NCBI GenBank assembly: GCA_964187785.1
Contig: OZ076415.1
Coordinates: forward strand, 66,526,001 to 66,590,000
Origin: Amphiscolops sp. MND2022
Lineage: Eukaryota
Reading direction: 5' to 3'
Length of the DNA stretch: 64,000 bases
Shown: piece by piece, positions 50,873 through 62,507 of the stretch
Numbering within the stretch: position 1 is the first letter of the stretch
Layout of the letters: the number at the start of each line of letters is the position of its first letter
Notes under the pieces: model-generated
What the model was told of the DNA's origin: nothing
Seen by the model: the letters and a program-made list of their open reading frames with translations, nothing else
The model's database searches: none
Translations under genes and position numbers: made by a program

Positions 50873-51466
50873 ATGAACCGCTTGCCCTTTTCTACCGCAA
50901 ATGACGCGTATTTGGCGCCAGATCTTTTTGCTGACATGCGAGCGTTGGTAACTGACCTGGAGCTTCCGATGATGGCGGGAACAACACCGGAAAGTGAAGT
51001 TCTGCGGCGCCCAGAACCACTTCGGAGAGCAGTGAGGTTGGCGTTAGGAGAACACGTAAGTTATTGAGTAGGGTGGCTTCTAAGCACTATAGGGGAGGTT
51101 TTTTTTGTATTGTTTTTGTCACGGATATAAGAAGGGAACAAAGTTGTCGTTCTGAAAGTTGATTGTACGTGTTTCGTAATTGTGATTTCCAATCGTGATA
51201 GTTTGTTTTAGTGGAGAAAGAAGCTATCGCACGGAGCCAAAGATGTGTGGACTTTTAAACTTAAGGCGATAGTGCAAGGTTGGGAGAAGACTTCTCCACA
51301 AGACCGGGCCAATATAGCTCGACGGTTGGACAGGAGCCAATTCTTCGAGGTCCTCCAAGAGCTAGCCTTAGCAGGAGGGTACATGGTGTGTTTGTGCGCT
51401 GGACACCCTAAGCCACCTCCTAATGGGGCAACCGTTGTCCCCTTTGAAAGGGAAGACTTATTATAA
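50873..51466 (+). CDS. Two-exon antisense gene inside element C (145 aa, unknown)
   Basis: Exon 50873-51055 (ATG, 61 codons); donor GTAAGT; 156-nt intron ending tttgttttag; exon 51212-51466 in phase 0, open to the stop. Confidence 0.7.
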
Positions 51467-51658
51467 ACTTGTATAAATTGTAAATATTTTGTTTTTGTTA
51501 TTTTAATATTTTAATTTTATTTTGTAATACTTTTGTTTTAAATTTAAGTTTTTAAGTTGTAGGGTGAAAAGTAAGAGAACGGTTTTTGACGGTTAAAAAT
51601 TCGAAAAGTTTAGCTGGAGGAGAAGGATTAGCTAAAACTTTGAGCAATCGCCTCTGTG

Positions 51659-51855
51659 GAGGCTTGTTGATTAAAACATCAACAGTCACAGTGCTATCTA
51701 TTCCAGGCAGTTCGACCATTTAAGGCGAACCGCCATAGCACATTTTTTCTTTGTGGTTTTTGTCTCTTGGGAAGACTTGTTGAAGAAAACCGTCAACAGT
51801 CACAGTGGTATCTATTCCAGGCAGTTCAACCATTTAAGGTGAACCGCCATACCAC
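51659..51855 (-). ncRNA. Duplicated cis-acting RNA stem-loop (2 copies, 114-bp period) downstream of pol
   Basis: Stems GTGSTAT/ATASCAC and GGCGGTTCR/YGAACTGCC with two compensatory substitutions between the copies. Confidence 0.6.
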
Positions 51856-52255
51856 GAATTTTTCTCTAATACATGGAGAAGTGATCCAATTAAAGATTTT
51901 TGGTAAAAATCTCGTGCTTGAGTGAGGGGTTCCAAAAAGGTATACCAGTGAAGTGTAGGCTATTGCCAATTTTCTCGTAAAAAAATTGTGGTTGCTGTAT
52001 CCAATGGGTCACTAGGCAGCCACTTTGTTTGTGACTACGTAAGAAAAAAATTGAAGTTTTTTTTTGAAAAATGTTTCAGGAGTGTGTTCGGAGGCTTCCT
52101 GGTGAGTCTCATGACACGGTGAAGTGTGTGTAGTTCCGGATTGTCTAAGTATATAATTGTGAAGAAGAAAAGGTAAATCGGGATTTTGGCGGAACGGAAG
52201 TGTTAGAGATGTGAAAAGATTTTATTATTATTATTATTATTTTTTAATTGAAATT

Positions 52256-55200
52256 TTAATCTTTATAACCTTTTCTCTCAATGTCTCGGAGGGAACTACC
52301 AGGGGTGCTTCGTTCGTATTTAGGATTTTTGGGTTTTTCGGAAAACCGTGTAGTTACTTTTTTCTTGAAGTTAGATAACTTTCCTGTTTTTGGGGAAATT
52401 TGATCGGGGGGAGACATTGTATGGATAGGAGGTACGGACGGGAGAACCGGTGTTCTTTTAGGTAGGGGAGTATTGGAAGAGAAAGCGAGTGGCAATACTG
52501 CCAAGGGAAGGCGTGGTGTTTGCATCGGTGGAAGTGGATTTGTTCCACAGCTTTGATAGGAACGTTCCCTCGGAACGGTGTTGTTAGACGTAGATGGTAT
52601 TGGGGTGTGAAATTGTGGGGTTTTCGGAGAGAGGAATCCAGAATCGGTACTGGGGGAAAATTCAGAACTTTTTGTAATGTTGTTGTTCGGCCCAGAAAGG
52701 GGGGTTATGATGAGTGGCATAAAATCTAGTTTGTGCTCAGATTGTCCTGAATTGTGTTTGTCAATTTGACTCTGGATCAAGTGCTTGTAAAAGTTATCAT
52801 CTTGTTCTATGGGAGCGTAATTTGTTAGCAATGGGGGCAAGGTCTCCTCTTTGGGGAAATATTCTAGTAAGTGGTTTCGATGAGTGGTTTTTACGTTCTC
52901 GGGGTTTTCATCTTCTTTTATCTCGTATGTGGTGTTGGTTATTTGTCTTGTCACCGTGAAAGGTCCTACTCGTAATTGTTTCAATTTCTGTGATTTGAAT
53001 AGGTCGGGTTTATGATTCTCTAGGAGAACCTTTTGACCGACTTCGAGCGGTCGTCCCAGTTTGAAACGGTTCCGATACTCATGAGCCTTTGATGTGATTT
53101 CTCTACATCTTTTGTAGGTGGATGAGTAGATGGACTTGAATTCGTTTTCTCTTGTAAGTAGCTCGGAAGATAACTGTGGTTTAAGGAGTCGATCAAGGGA
53201 CTTGTTTCGGAGGTTATTTTCACTGTGGGTGTGAGGTTGTAAATCCGCACAAAACTCCGATTTGCATAGTTTGTTTTTGTCGCGAATAAGTCCGAGTTTC
53301 AGCGTCATGGGTATTTGTGGTTTAACGCCAAAAACAATTTCGTAAGGAGTCAAACCCCGTTGTGTAGTTTACGCTCGTATTATGGGCAAAGGCAAATTTA
53401 GATGCAAGTGTTGACCAATTGTTTCCTGACTCGTTGGTGAAGTTCCTCCAGTATCTCATGAGATGTTTGTTCTGGACTTCCACTTTGCCGTTCGTCCAAG
53501 GCGAGTATGCAGTGCGCGGTGCCAACGTTATCCCAAATTCTTTTGTCCAATTTCAAAATCACGGTTGATGAAAGCTGAGCCATTATCGTGGACGATTTTT
53601 TGAGGGATGCCGTAGGATGTAATCCATTTTTCTAGTGCATTGATTGTAGTCTGAGCTCCTGTATCTCGAACAGGATAGACTCCGAGAAATCTTGAAAATG
53701 CATCTACTACAACTAGACAATGTGTGTTCAAGTTACTGCTTGGTCTAATAGGTCCTTTGTGGTCGATATGAATTGTTTTGAAGGGGGTTGTTTCGAGTTC
53801 GCCCCACTGCTTAAGAGGCGCTTCTTGTAAGTCGTGTCGCTTAGACTTGTTAGTCTGGCATTGTAAACAATCCTCTATTAGAGATACTATCCATTTATAT
53901 CGTCCAGGCCAAAAAAAATTCTGTCTGATGTTTTCGAATGTTTTGAATATGCCTGGATGGCCGCTGTGAGTGTGAGCATGAGCTAGGTTGAAGAGGGGTA
54001 GGAATAAGGATAAGGGGACACAGATTTTCATCTCGTATTTGTCTGTTCCATGAACGGGTTCATTATAGCAGAGTAGATTGGTTTCTTTATCGAGAAAAAG
54101 TTGGTTAAAATTATTGAAATACGATAGTAAGGCCCTCGATTGTTGTATTTCGGGTGTTTTGGTGGTTGGCTTGTTTTGGTTTCTAACCCAGGATCGTACT
54201 ACTTGTAATACGGGGTCCTTAATTTGTTCTGCGACTAGAGTAGGGATATCCAGATCAGCGACCTTAGAATAATCACTCAGTTTTTGTAGGAGATCTTTAG
54301 TGTCAACGTGTGGGAACTGCTCCACGTCTGAACTTTTATTTAATAGTGGTCTTCCAACCTTTTGTAGAATGTTCTTTTCCTTTGCCGTTGATTTATCACG
54401 GTAGAACTCGTGATCTCCGCTGGAAAGGTGGAGTTCGGCGACATCTTCTTCGTCATCACTAGAGTCTGTTTCAATTTCGTCTATTCTACTATATTCGGGT
54501 TCGCACTGCATTTTGTATGGGGGAAGACAGAGGTTTTTGTATTGGTTGATTGACTTCCCCAATTTAAAACAATCGGCGATGTCTTGTCGAGTCGTCATTA
54601 CTGTTTGTTGGTTCTCGTAGTGTTCTACTTCATGTTCCTCTCCATCGTACTTGAGATGGAGTAGTCTTTGATCTTTGCCCGTTTGACAAAGGATAGGAAA
54701 AAAGTCATTGGTTCCACACTGACCGTCGTCATTGTGCTCGATTGTATAATGTATTTTCGATCCGAATTCGTCAAAGAAACTGATATCTCGCGGTATTTCT
54801 TTGTGGAGTTTCTGCAAATTTTTCCTTTCCTCCAATGTGACGTTCCGACTGAGTATATCTGGAAACGCGAGATTAGATCCTTTAGTCCAGATGATTTTGA
54901 GGTTTTGGAACTTGGTAATTATTACCTGGTATTTGAAAAAGCGGTGTGAGAGTTGTCCTTTCCGCCCCCAAAGGTATAGGATGGGTTTGTGATCGCAATA
55001 GAGGTATATTGGGAATGGAGATCCAATAATGTAGTGTTCGTATGTTTGAAGTGCTGATACTATACCACACAATTCACGGTGAAGGGTGGACATTTTTTGT
55101 TCAGCCTTGTCAAATACGCGCGAATTGAAAGAAACTATCCTTTTGCCTTCTGGAAACTGTTGCACTAAAATACAACCGGTACCAACATTCGAAGAATCGA

Positions 55201-56536
55201 CATGTATGTGGAAGGGGTACTCAGTTGAAGGGACAGCAAGAATAGTGTCTTCACATATACGGCTTTTTATATCAGTGAAGAGGTCTTCGTGTTCTTTTGT
55301 CCATTTGAAAGGTGTTGTAGATTTGATCAAGTCGTAGAAGGGTTGACTGTCCACATGTAAGTTCTTTATATAGCAACTATAAAACCCAAGACAGCCAAGT
55401 ACTTTCATCACATCCCTTTTACTTTCGGGTGATTTTAGGTTTTTGAGATCTTGTACTCGTTTTGCTAAGGGCTGTATTCCTTGTTCAGAAATAACATGAC
55501 CCAGGAATTTGACTTTTCTAATGAAGAAGTTTGTCTTCTCAGGTGCAGCTTTAAGTCCGGCTTTTCTCAGGAGTTGATGGTACTCGTGAATTATTGTGAA
55601 CATTTCTTGTTTTGTTTGAGCCTGCATTAGGCTGTCATCAAGGTAGGTGATAGCTTGTTTTCGTTTAATAAGGGGCTCAAAGTGTATAGCCATTAAACGA
55701 CTAAAAAAGTTTGGAAGTCCACAGAGTCCGTAAAAACCACGTATATACGTATACTGTTTTCCGCCGGTGATGAAACTAGTGAGCTTTTGGGTCTCGTCGC
55801 TCAATGGTACTTGGTGATATGCGCAAGATAAATCGCTGACTGTGAAGTACTTTCCATTGATTCGAGTCATGATCATCTGTATGGGTTCCAATGGCCACGA
55901 GTAATTTGTTAAATCTGTTATAGAATTCAAGTAGCGGGCATCGATTACTAGTTTTACGTAGTCTGCTTTGGGCATTAGAATGATCGGATTGACAAAAAGG
56001 GAACCTAATTCGTCATCGTCTCCCATTTCTCTAATGATATCAGCTTCTTGGAGTTGTCCAAGTAGCTTCTCAAGTTTGTCTTTCAAGTGAAGGGGTACTT
56101 TGCTCGGTCGTTGTTTTTTGAGTTCCGAATTTGCTTTGAGGGTTACATGAAATTTTTGACGTACTTTTCCCACGTCGAATTTGTGTTGTGAATACACGTC
56201 TGCTGCGTCAATAAGCATATCTATTAGGACAACCAATTCTTCATCTTGGAGGTCAGTATATCGGAAATCGAATTTTTTCACATATTCCTTGGTTTCTTCA
56301 CGCTGATATTGGAGGTAGTTTTCTATCAAAGCGTCGTTATCTTCTTTTGTTCTAAGTTCAACAAATTGTTCTGTACAGGGTGGCTGACAAGATTTAGCGT
56401 CCTTAGCAAAATCTGTTTCAAGTTCTTCAGTGCCATTAGCAAATTTTTCCATATAATAGTCAATATCTCCCTCTTCTACTTCTTCTTTTCGTATGGAAGC
56501 ATTAACAAATTGAAGGTTTGCTTCTTTTTGTGACAC
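52256..56536 (-). CDS. pol: Element C pol: RT, RNase H, integrase (frameshifts at ~53530 and ~53350), long Pro/Ser tail
   Basis: VKLVIDARYLN, TYLDD, HVDSSNVG..FPDILSR, HAHTHSGH..CLQC, IDHKG..HDNG..GKVEVQN, VGPFTV. Confidence 0.96.
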
Positions 56537-57720
56537 AATCTCAACTTTAATATGTCCATAATCGAACGTGTTACGAATGATGTCTAACGCTTCTTTCCAG
56601 CTGATGTTGTCTAAGCCATCTTCATTTTTGGCTACTGAAATTGCAGATATATTGTTTAGTTGTGCGTGTCCGAACAGATTTTCAATGCAACTACGAAAAT
56701 CTTCGGGTCTAATTTTTTCGTAACACCTTTTTTTGCAACTAGCCCATAGATGAAGCGATTGGCTTCGTTATCCCAAAAGGGTAGAGCCGATCCAACGAAG
56801 GGTTTTGATTGGTTTACGAAATTTTGGAAATCTTTTTTCTGTTCACATAACTTTTTCGCAAATGTGGTTGTCATTTTTCCGTCTGCCGAGACACAAAAAG
56901 CTAAGTTTGCATTTGATGTCCGCAGAGTCTCGCCAGAGCCGTGGCTTAGAAAGACTTGTTGATCTCCTTCGTGCTCGAAGGGAACTGTTGAGTGTAGTAA
57001 GAAACAATCATTGTATTCTGGGTTTTCCTTCAATATTGTGTTGACCATCGTGACACAATCTTTTACCTGGAACTTCGGTCGTTCCCTTTCCTGTAGATCT
57101 ATGGTAGAATGACCAATTATCCCTCTATTAAGGGTTATTTGGTGATTTCGATTATTTTCAATCAAGATTGGCAGATGGGGTTCGGATTTCGTACATAAAA
57201 CATTCACAAAGGTAAGCCCTGTTTTGACTGCATTTTTGTGGGGTGTGAATGATGTTCCGGGTGCAAAATGTCTATTGTTCTCGCGAGAGTATTTATGTAG
57301 ACGGGTGGTTTTGGCATCGATACAAATTGGGTTGTCTGTTCGTACTGTTTCGACTTTTGAAACGTAAGGGAAAGGTTTGGTAGCACAAAGGTTACCGTTG
57401 CAAATTGTGTTAGGACTATCTTTCAATTCGATTGCGGGCAAATCAAAATGTAATTTAGAAACAAGTTGACGGCAGAAATCTATTCCCAGTAAATTGGGTG
57501 TCTTCGCTTCTGTTATCCAAAACTTTAGTTCTACGGGATGGAATCCATCCGAGTCGAAGCTAAATGTGATTGTTGTTGATCCGAGCATCGGTATAATTTC
57601 ACCAGTATAGGTTTTAGTCAGTTGCTTGCTTCTAACTACCGTGATGGGTTGTCCAAATTGTGCAATTTCCTCAAAAGCTCTATAATTGATAATCGAGCAG
57701 GCTGCTCCAGTGTCTAACAT
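56535..57720 (-). CDS. pol: Element C protease + dUTPase-like spacer + TARG1/OARD1-like macrodomain (56535-56960, 1-nt frameshift in the T7 run at ~56728-56734)
   Basis: MLDTGA; LPILIENNRNHQITLNRG spacer; LAFCVSADGKM..KPFVGSAL..FIYGLVAKK|RCYEKI..ISAISVAKNEDGLDNISW..IKVEIV. Confidence 0.85.
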
Positions 57721-57831
57721 AAATGCTATTTCTAACCCACTATCTTTTTTGGAGTCTCCGGTGGGAAAAAAAGAAGAGATTTAGGTGAAATCGTGATTTG
57801 AGGTTACTTTCTTAGTCAGGTCGCGGAGACT

Positions 57832-59226
57832 TTAACAGTTTAAAGGGTTGAATGAGATTGTACTGACTCTGTCCTGTCCTTCTTCGTCAACGAACTGTAC
57901 GGAGTTTGGGAAACTGTTATTGTTGGTTGGGAAATTCCTATTGTACTCGGAATTTGTGTTTTGTGGTCGGGCACTGAAGTTATACGGGCTATTTGGCCTA
58001 TTTCCAGTATAGGGAGTATTGTTTCGCAAATTAGTATTAGTAGGAGTCGGCCTACTACCTGAAGAGTGATTGTTGTTGCTATTGAAATTGTTGAAGTTGT
58101 TCGGCTGTTGAGGGTTATTTCGGTTCCAGTTATCATTTCGGTTGTTTCCCTCGTTAGGTCTGCCTCTATTGAAGTTTTGGTTAGACTGTTGGTTATTCCT
58201 CTGATTATTAGTGAAGTTCGGTCTTGATGAGGGCTGATAATTTTGTTGTGACCCAAATCCGGGTCCCTTCCGTTTGTTGTAATCGTTAGTGAAGGTGACC
58301 TTCTTCTCTTCATTAGCTCTTGATTGTGCTCTCTTGGCTTCGTCATCATAGATCTTTTTGCGGCAATATTGGAGTGTATGACCATTTCTTAGACAATATT
58401 TACAAAATCGTGTGATATTTTGGCGGGACGTATTATTTACGTCTACTGCAGAAATGTGGTAGTCGTGACAGTGGGAGGGTGAGCACCCGTAAGATAAAGG
58501 ATTAGCTACAGCTAAAGAACTGAATTGTTGTTCTTTTAGCATATTCTTCATTGCATTTATGTCTTCTCGTAGTTCAATTATCAATGTTTTTTGATTTTGT
58601 GAGGAATTCGGGGCTAACTGCGAGCTGATAGTAAAAACAAGGTCTTTATTAGTTACGTGTTCCTGAAATTGTTCCCAAGTAGCGTTGGGGTGTTCAATTA
58701 AGTATTGGTGAGCCTTGTTCTTGAGTTCGTTTGGCGTTAGTCCTCTGACTGCGAATTCAATATACTTTTGTCTTCTTTGGGCATTCAGTGCAGCTCTGGC
58801 TGCGTTGTCCGCATTTTCTTCATCTGGCCATCCTCTATCGACAGCTCGTTTCACCCGGTAAATGTAGTTCTTTATTATTTCTTCATTTCCTCTGACACTG
58901 TTTTCTGCAGTTATTCTATATCTGTATTTATCTCTATTGTCGGAAAAACGGGTTAGAAAATGTGTTCTGATGTGCTGCCAATCGTGTCCGTCTTCTATGT
59001 TATCTGTGTACCATTCGGCGGCAGGTCCTCTTAGGAGAGATGAAAAAAGTGCCTTTTTTCGGAACAAGTATCTTGCTCGTTCGTCATCATTGTCGGGTTC
59101 ATGGCCCATCGAGAAATTGATTTTATTCTCAACAGTTGTGAGAAATGATCTAACATCTTGTTCAGGATCGTTTCCTGAGAATTTGTCCAACGCGAGGTCT
59201 GGAAATGAGACTGTATTATCCGCCAA
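57832..59226 (-). CDS. gag: Element C gag (TTG start in this copy), CCHC knuckle, N/Q-rich tail, T TTA AAC slippery site
   Basis: LDKFSGNDPEQDVRSFL, LRGPAAEWY, CKYCLRNGHTLQYC. Confidence 0.92.
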   Translation of the reverse strand: MADNTVSFPDLALDKFSGNDPEQDVRSFLTTVENKINFSMGHEPDNDDERARYLFRKKALFSSLLRGPAAEWYTDNIEDGHDWQHIRTHFLTRFSDNRDKYRYRITAENSVRGNEEIIKNYIYRVKRAVDRGWPDEENADNAARAALNAQRRQKYIEFAVRGLTPNELKNKAHQYLIEHPNATWEQFQEHVTNKDLVFTISSQLAPNSSQNQKTLIIELREDINAMKNMLKEQQFSSLAVANPLSYGCSPSHCHDYHISAVDVNNTSRQNITRFCKYCLRNGHTLQYCRKKIYDDEAKRAQSRANEEKKVTFTNDYNKRKGPGFGSQQNYQPSSRPNFTNNQRNNQQSNQNFNRGRPNEGNNRNDNWNRNNPQQPNNFNNFNSNNNHSSGSRPTPTNTNLRNNTPYTGNRPNSPYNFSARPQNTNSEYNRNFPTNNNSFPNSVQFVDEEGQDRVSTISFNPLNC

Positions 59227-59248
59227 TCTTCTCTTTTCCTTGTATGTG

Positions 59249-59265
59249 CCTCACTGGTCGCACCA
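59249..59265 (-). promoter_or_regulatory. Primer-binding site of element C (TGGTGCGACCAGTGAGG)
   Basis: TGG start 3 nt after the 5' LTR; cognate tRNA not identified. Confidence 0.75.
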
Positions 59266-59268
59266 GTT

Positions 59269-61463
59269 TGTAAAGGTTCGTGTGGGTTTAGGAAAATTAG
59301 TTTTCTGCGATTCTTAGTCAGTTGCGCTTAGGAGTTAGCTTGCGACTATGCCTTCCTAAACCTTTACAAAAGTTGTCTCTAGGTCTTCCGAGTTCGCAGG
59401 AAGGACTTTGTTTCGAGAGAAGAGTTTAATTTTATAAAAAGAATTTGAATTAGGTTGAGTATTATATTCAACAATGTTCGTTTTTACACAATACGCAAGA
59501 ATATAATACAAACAGAAGAATATAAGCATCCAAATTGACACAAATATCCAATCAATAATATCTGGATTGTTTAACATTCACCAAAATAAATACGTTAATG
59601 TATTAATATAGCAATATTCAGGTAAGTTGTTAGAGTACTGTAAAAGCTGGAACTTTGGAGTCCTATAACGTCCAACAATTTGTTAGGACGAAGAGTATTG
59701 GATTTTTTGGTCTGTTCAGACCTTTTTCATGTCTTAGTATTCTCAACAAGAATGTGAGATTAGTTAAGTCTGTTGACAAAGGTATGACAGGTTTGTCAAA
59801 GGTTCTAGCTTATAAGAAGCTGAAGAGTTTAAATTGTGAAGTTTTACCTTATATAACCAGCAATAGCTAGGTCGAAGACAAGATTGTCTAACGTCAAGAC
59901 TTTGAAGAAGTCTTGTAAGTCTGGGTAAAGCAAAATCTTATTAACCAGCGTTTAGCTAGGTTTTGTGTTTGGACAGGCTTGCCAATGGCTGCTTGAACGT
60001 AAGGTTCAGTGCAGTGTTTTAAGAGTTTAGCCTATTGCAATGGACTAGCAGGTTTGCTAAGTCGAAAAAGAGACAAGGTTGTCTAACGTCAAGACTTTGA
60101 AGAAGTCTTGTAAGTCTAAGTGAGGTAAGGGTCTTATTAACCAGCGTTTAGCTAGGTTTTGTGTTTGGACAGGCTTGCCAATGGCTGCTTGAACATAATG
60201 TTCAGTGCAGTGTTTTAAGAGTTTAACTTATGTTGTGACTAGCAGTGGCTAAGTCAAAAGGAGACAAGATTGTCTAACGTCAAGACTTTGAAGAAGTCTT
60301 GCGAGTCTAATTTAAGTAAAGGTCTTATTCAACCGCGTATAGCTAAGTTGTTTTTTTTGTACAGAATTGTCAGGGAACTCGAACTTAAGGTCCGACTAAA
60401 GTAAATTAAGAGATTATATGCATTTTAGGTTTTAATTTTAATTTAAGTTAAGATAAAAATTAACTTTAACTAGCATTTGCTAAGTCTTGACGCGATAGCG
60501 TACTTTAGAGAAAAAATAAGTCTCAATCGAGAATCTGGTTTATTTGGAGCGTTTAGCTCAAAATATAAATCCCTATGATTGCATAGGAGAACCTTGTTGG
60601 TTAACTTTTTGTTCAGTCGAATGACTGTAAATTTGTTGTCACGGAGACAAGAATAAAGCAAAAAGGAAGAAAGAAATTTTGATTGTGAATTTTGTTGTTA
60701 ATTTCTTAGTTAAAGAAAATAACTTACCTGAAAAGCGAAGTGAGTGGAGGTTTGGAGATTTGTTTGTTTTTTGAGAGGAGGAGAGTGACGGATTTGATTT
60801 TGTTTGAGAGGTGAAAGACTATGAGAAGCGTATGATCGTCTTTAGAAATGTTGGCCCTTTTATACAAATCAAAAGGCACGTGCAACCAATCGCATTGATC
60901 GGTGCATTTTATTGGATACGAATAAATAACGTCACATTCTCGGTGCTTGTTCGGGATTAACCTCGGGACCAGGCATGGCCGAGTACAAGTCGGCAAGAAT
61001 TGCATCAGCTAGTCATTTAACTCGGCTAGCCGAGTTGGCTGATGCAATTTTTGTTTATGTCAGGGGAATTAGACTCTTAAGTGGGGACTTTTGGTCTCGC
61101 TTGAATAATCTTTTGTTCTCAAATTGAGAAGCTCCGGCCGCACAAGTGGCGCCTATTGTTCTCTTCTCAGAGATATTTGCTCGCACAAGTGGCGTCGCAT
61201 ATTGTCTTTTTCAAAAGAATAAAAGAGAATTATTTGCACAAGTGGCAAGCGTCTTTTTTGTAAAGGGGAATTTGTTCTTTCAAGTGACGCGCAGTTGTGA
61301 ATTTGTTCACTTCTAAAATTCTTTCAAGCGTGCCTTGAAAATTGAAAGAATGCGAAAAATGATTTACGGAAAATGAATAATTTTATTCTAGCTCCGATGA
61401 AATAATCTTAAAGAAATGTTTTAGGAATATTAAACTGAAGAAAAAGATGTGTTGAACACAACA
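59269..61463 (-). repeat. 5' LTR of element C (2195 bp)
   Basis: Direct repeat of 42036-44225. Confidence 0.97.
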
Positions 61464-61465
61464 CA

Positions 61466-62507
61466 TGTCAGAACGGGTCACGTTCGAGTTGTTAATGGTG
61501 TTAAGTCCGTTACATTCACTAGTAGATGATGCGATCTTCTCGGTTAAGGCCATCACAATGCTCGTTAGGTCGCTAATTTGCCTATTCATTTCCATGAAAC
61601 GTTGGTCGACTGAACTCGAGTTAGGATTTTGTCTACTGTTGATAATATCTCCACTATCAAACTCATTCATCTGGTTTCTCGACAAGACTTCCGGAAAGCT
61701 GTTCTCACTTTCGTTATCACTGTTCTGTTCCATTCTACTGGAACTTGCCGCATAACTGTCTACGTGCTGTGATCTCGTATTAACCATGCTCGGTTCTTTA
61801 ATAAGACTTTTGAGTTTTTGAGTTCATTGTTTAAATTGAAGGAGAAGAATTACAAGTTTGTATGTTAACGATGTAAGCAACACTACCTTAGCTGAAGGTA
61901 AATTGTACTGAAGGTATTTCAACACTTGTTACTTTCTGCACAATGCTGGTCACGCGTCTATGTCACGTGACTGTTTTGACCAATGATATTGCTCTATTGA
62001 TTAGGTGTTTATTGGTGCGTCCTGCTGGTCGCAACGCAAATGGTCTTTTGTACGAAATATAGCACCAATATGTTGCTATGGTTACGTGAGTCATCTATCA
62101 TCTTGTTAAACCGATACAACTTTAAAATGATGGCGACCTATCATCATTGCACGTAATTCTTCAGGTTACTGGTAAAACTAAATATGGTGGAAGCACTTGT
62201 ACACTGAGTATAAATATGATGAATGCACTTGTACGTAGAGTATAATGATTAAATGATGCTAACTTTTGTACGTTAACTACACGTTGGGAAAAGAATTGAT
62301 GATGATGGGATAAGCCCGTCATTGTTCAGTAGTAATTCATGGTTATTGAAATATCAGACATATTGCATTTAACTGAGTTGTTTAATGTTTAGAATGTTTT
62401 TTATCAGTTTCATTGTTGTATTCTTTCTGTATCGACCACTGTCTAAACTTGACGTAGTGGTATTGACAACGTTGTCTCTCGATTTAGTTCATGCTTCCGG
62501 CATGACA
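61466..62507 (-). repeat. 5' LTR of element B, containing the gag start codon (61787)
   Basis: Direct repeat of 27882-28923; MVNTRSQ...NVTRSD joins MVTGV at 42034 once element C is removed. Confidence 0.96.

Larger units (their letters stand above)
42036..61463 (-). mobile_element. Element C: env-bearing Ty3/Gypsy (retrovirus-like) element, 19.4 kb
   Basis: LTRs 42036-44225 and 59269-61463 (TG...CA); 4-bp TSD CATG at 42032-42035 and 61464-61467; PBS, gag, pol, env and accessory ORFs. Confidence 0.97.
27882..62507 (-). mobile_element. Element B: full-length Ty3/Gypsy LTR retrotransposon (~15.2 kb of its own sequence) with nested element C
   Basis: Two 1042-bp LTRs (TGTCA...TGACA); 5-bp TSD GGAGC at 27877-27881 and 62508-62512; PPT, PBS and gag-pol present. 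Confidence 0.96.
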
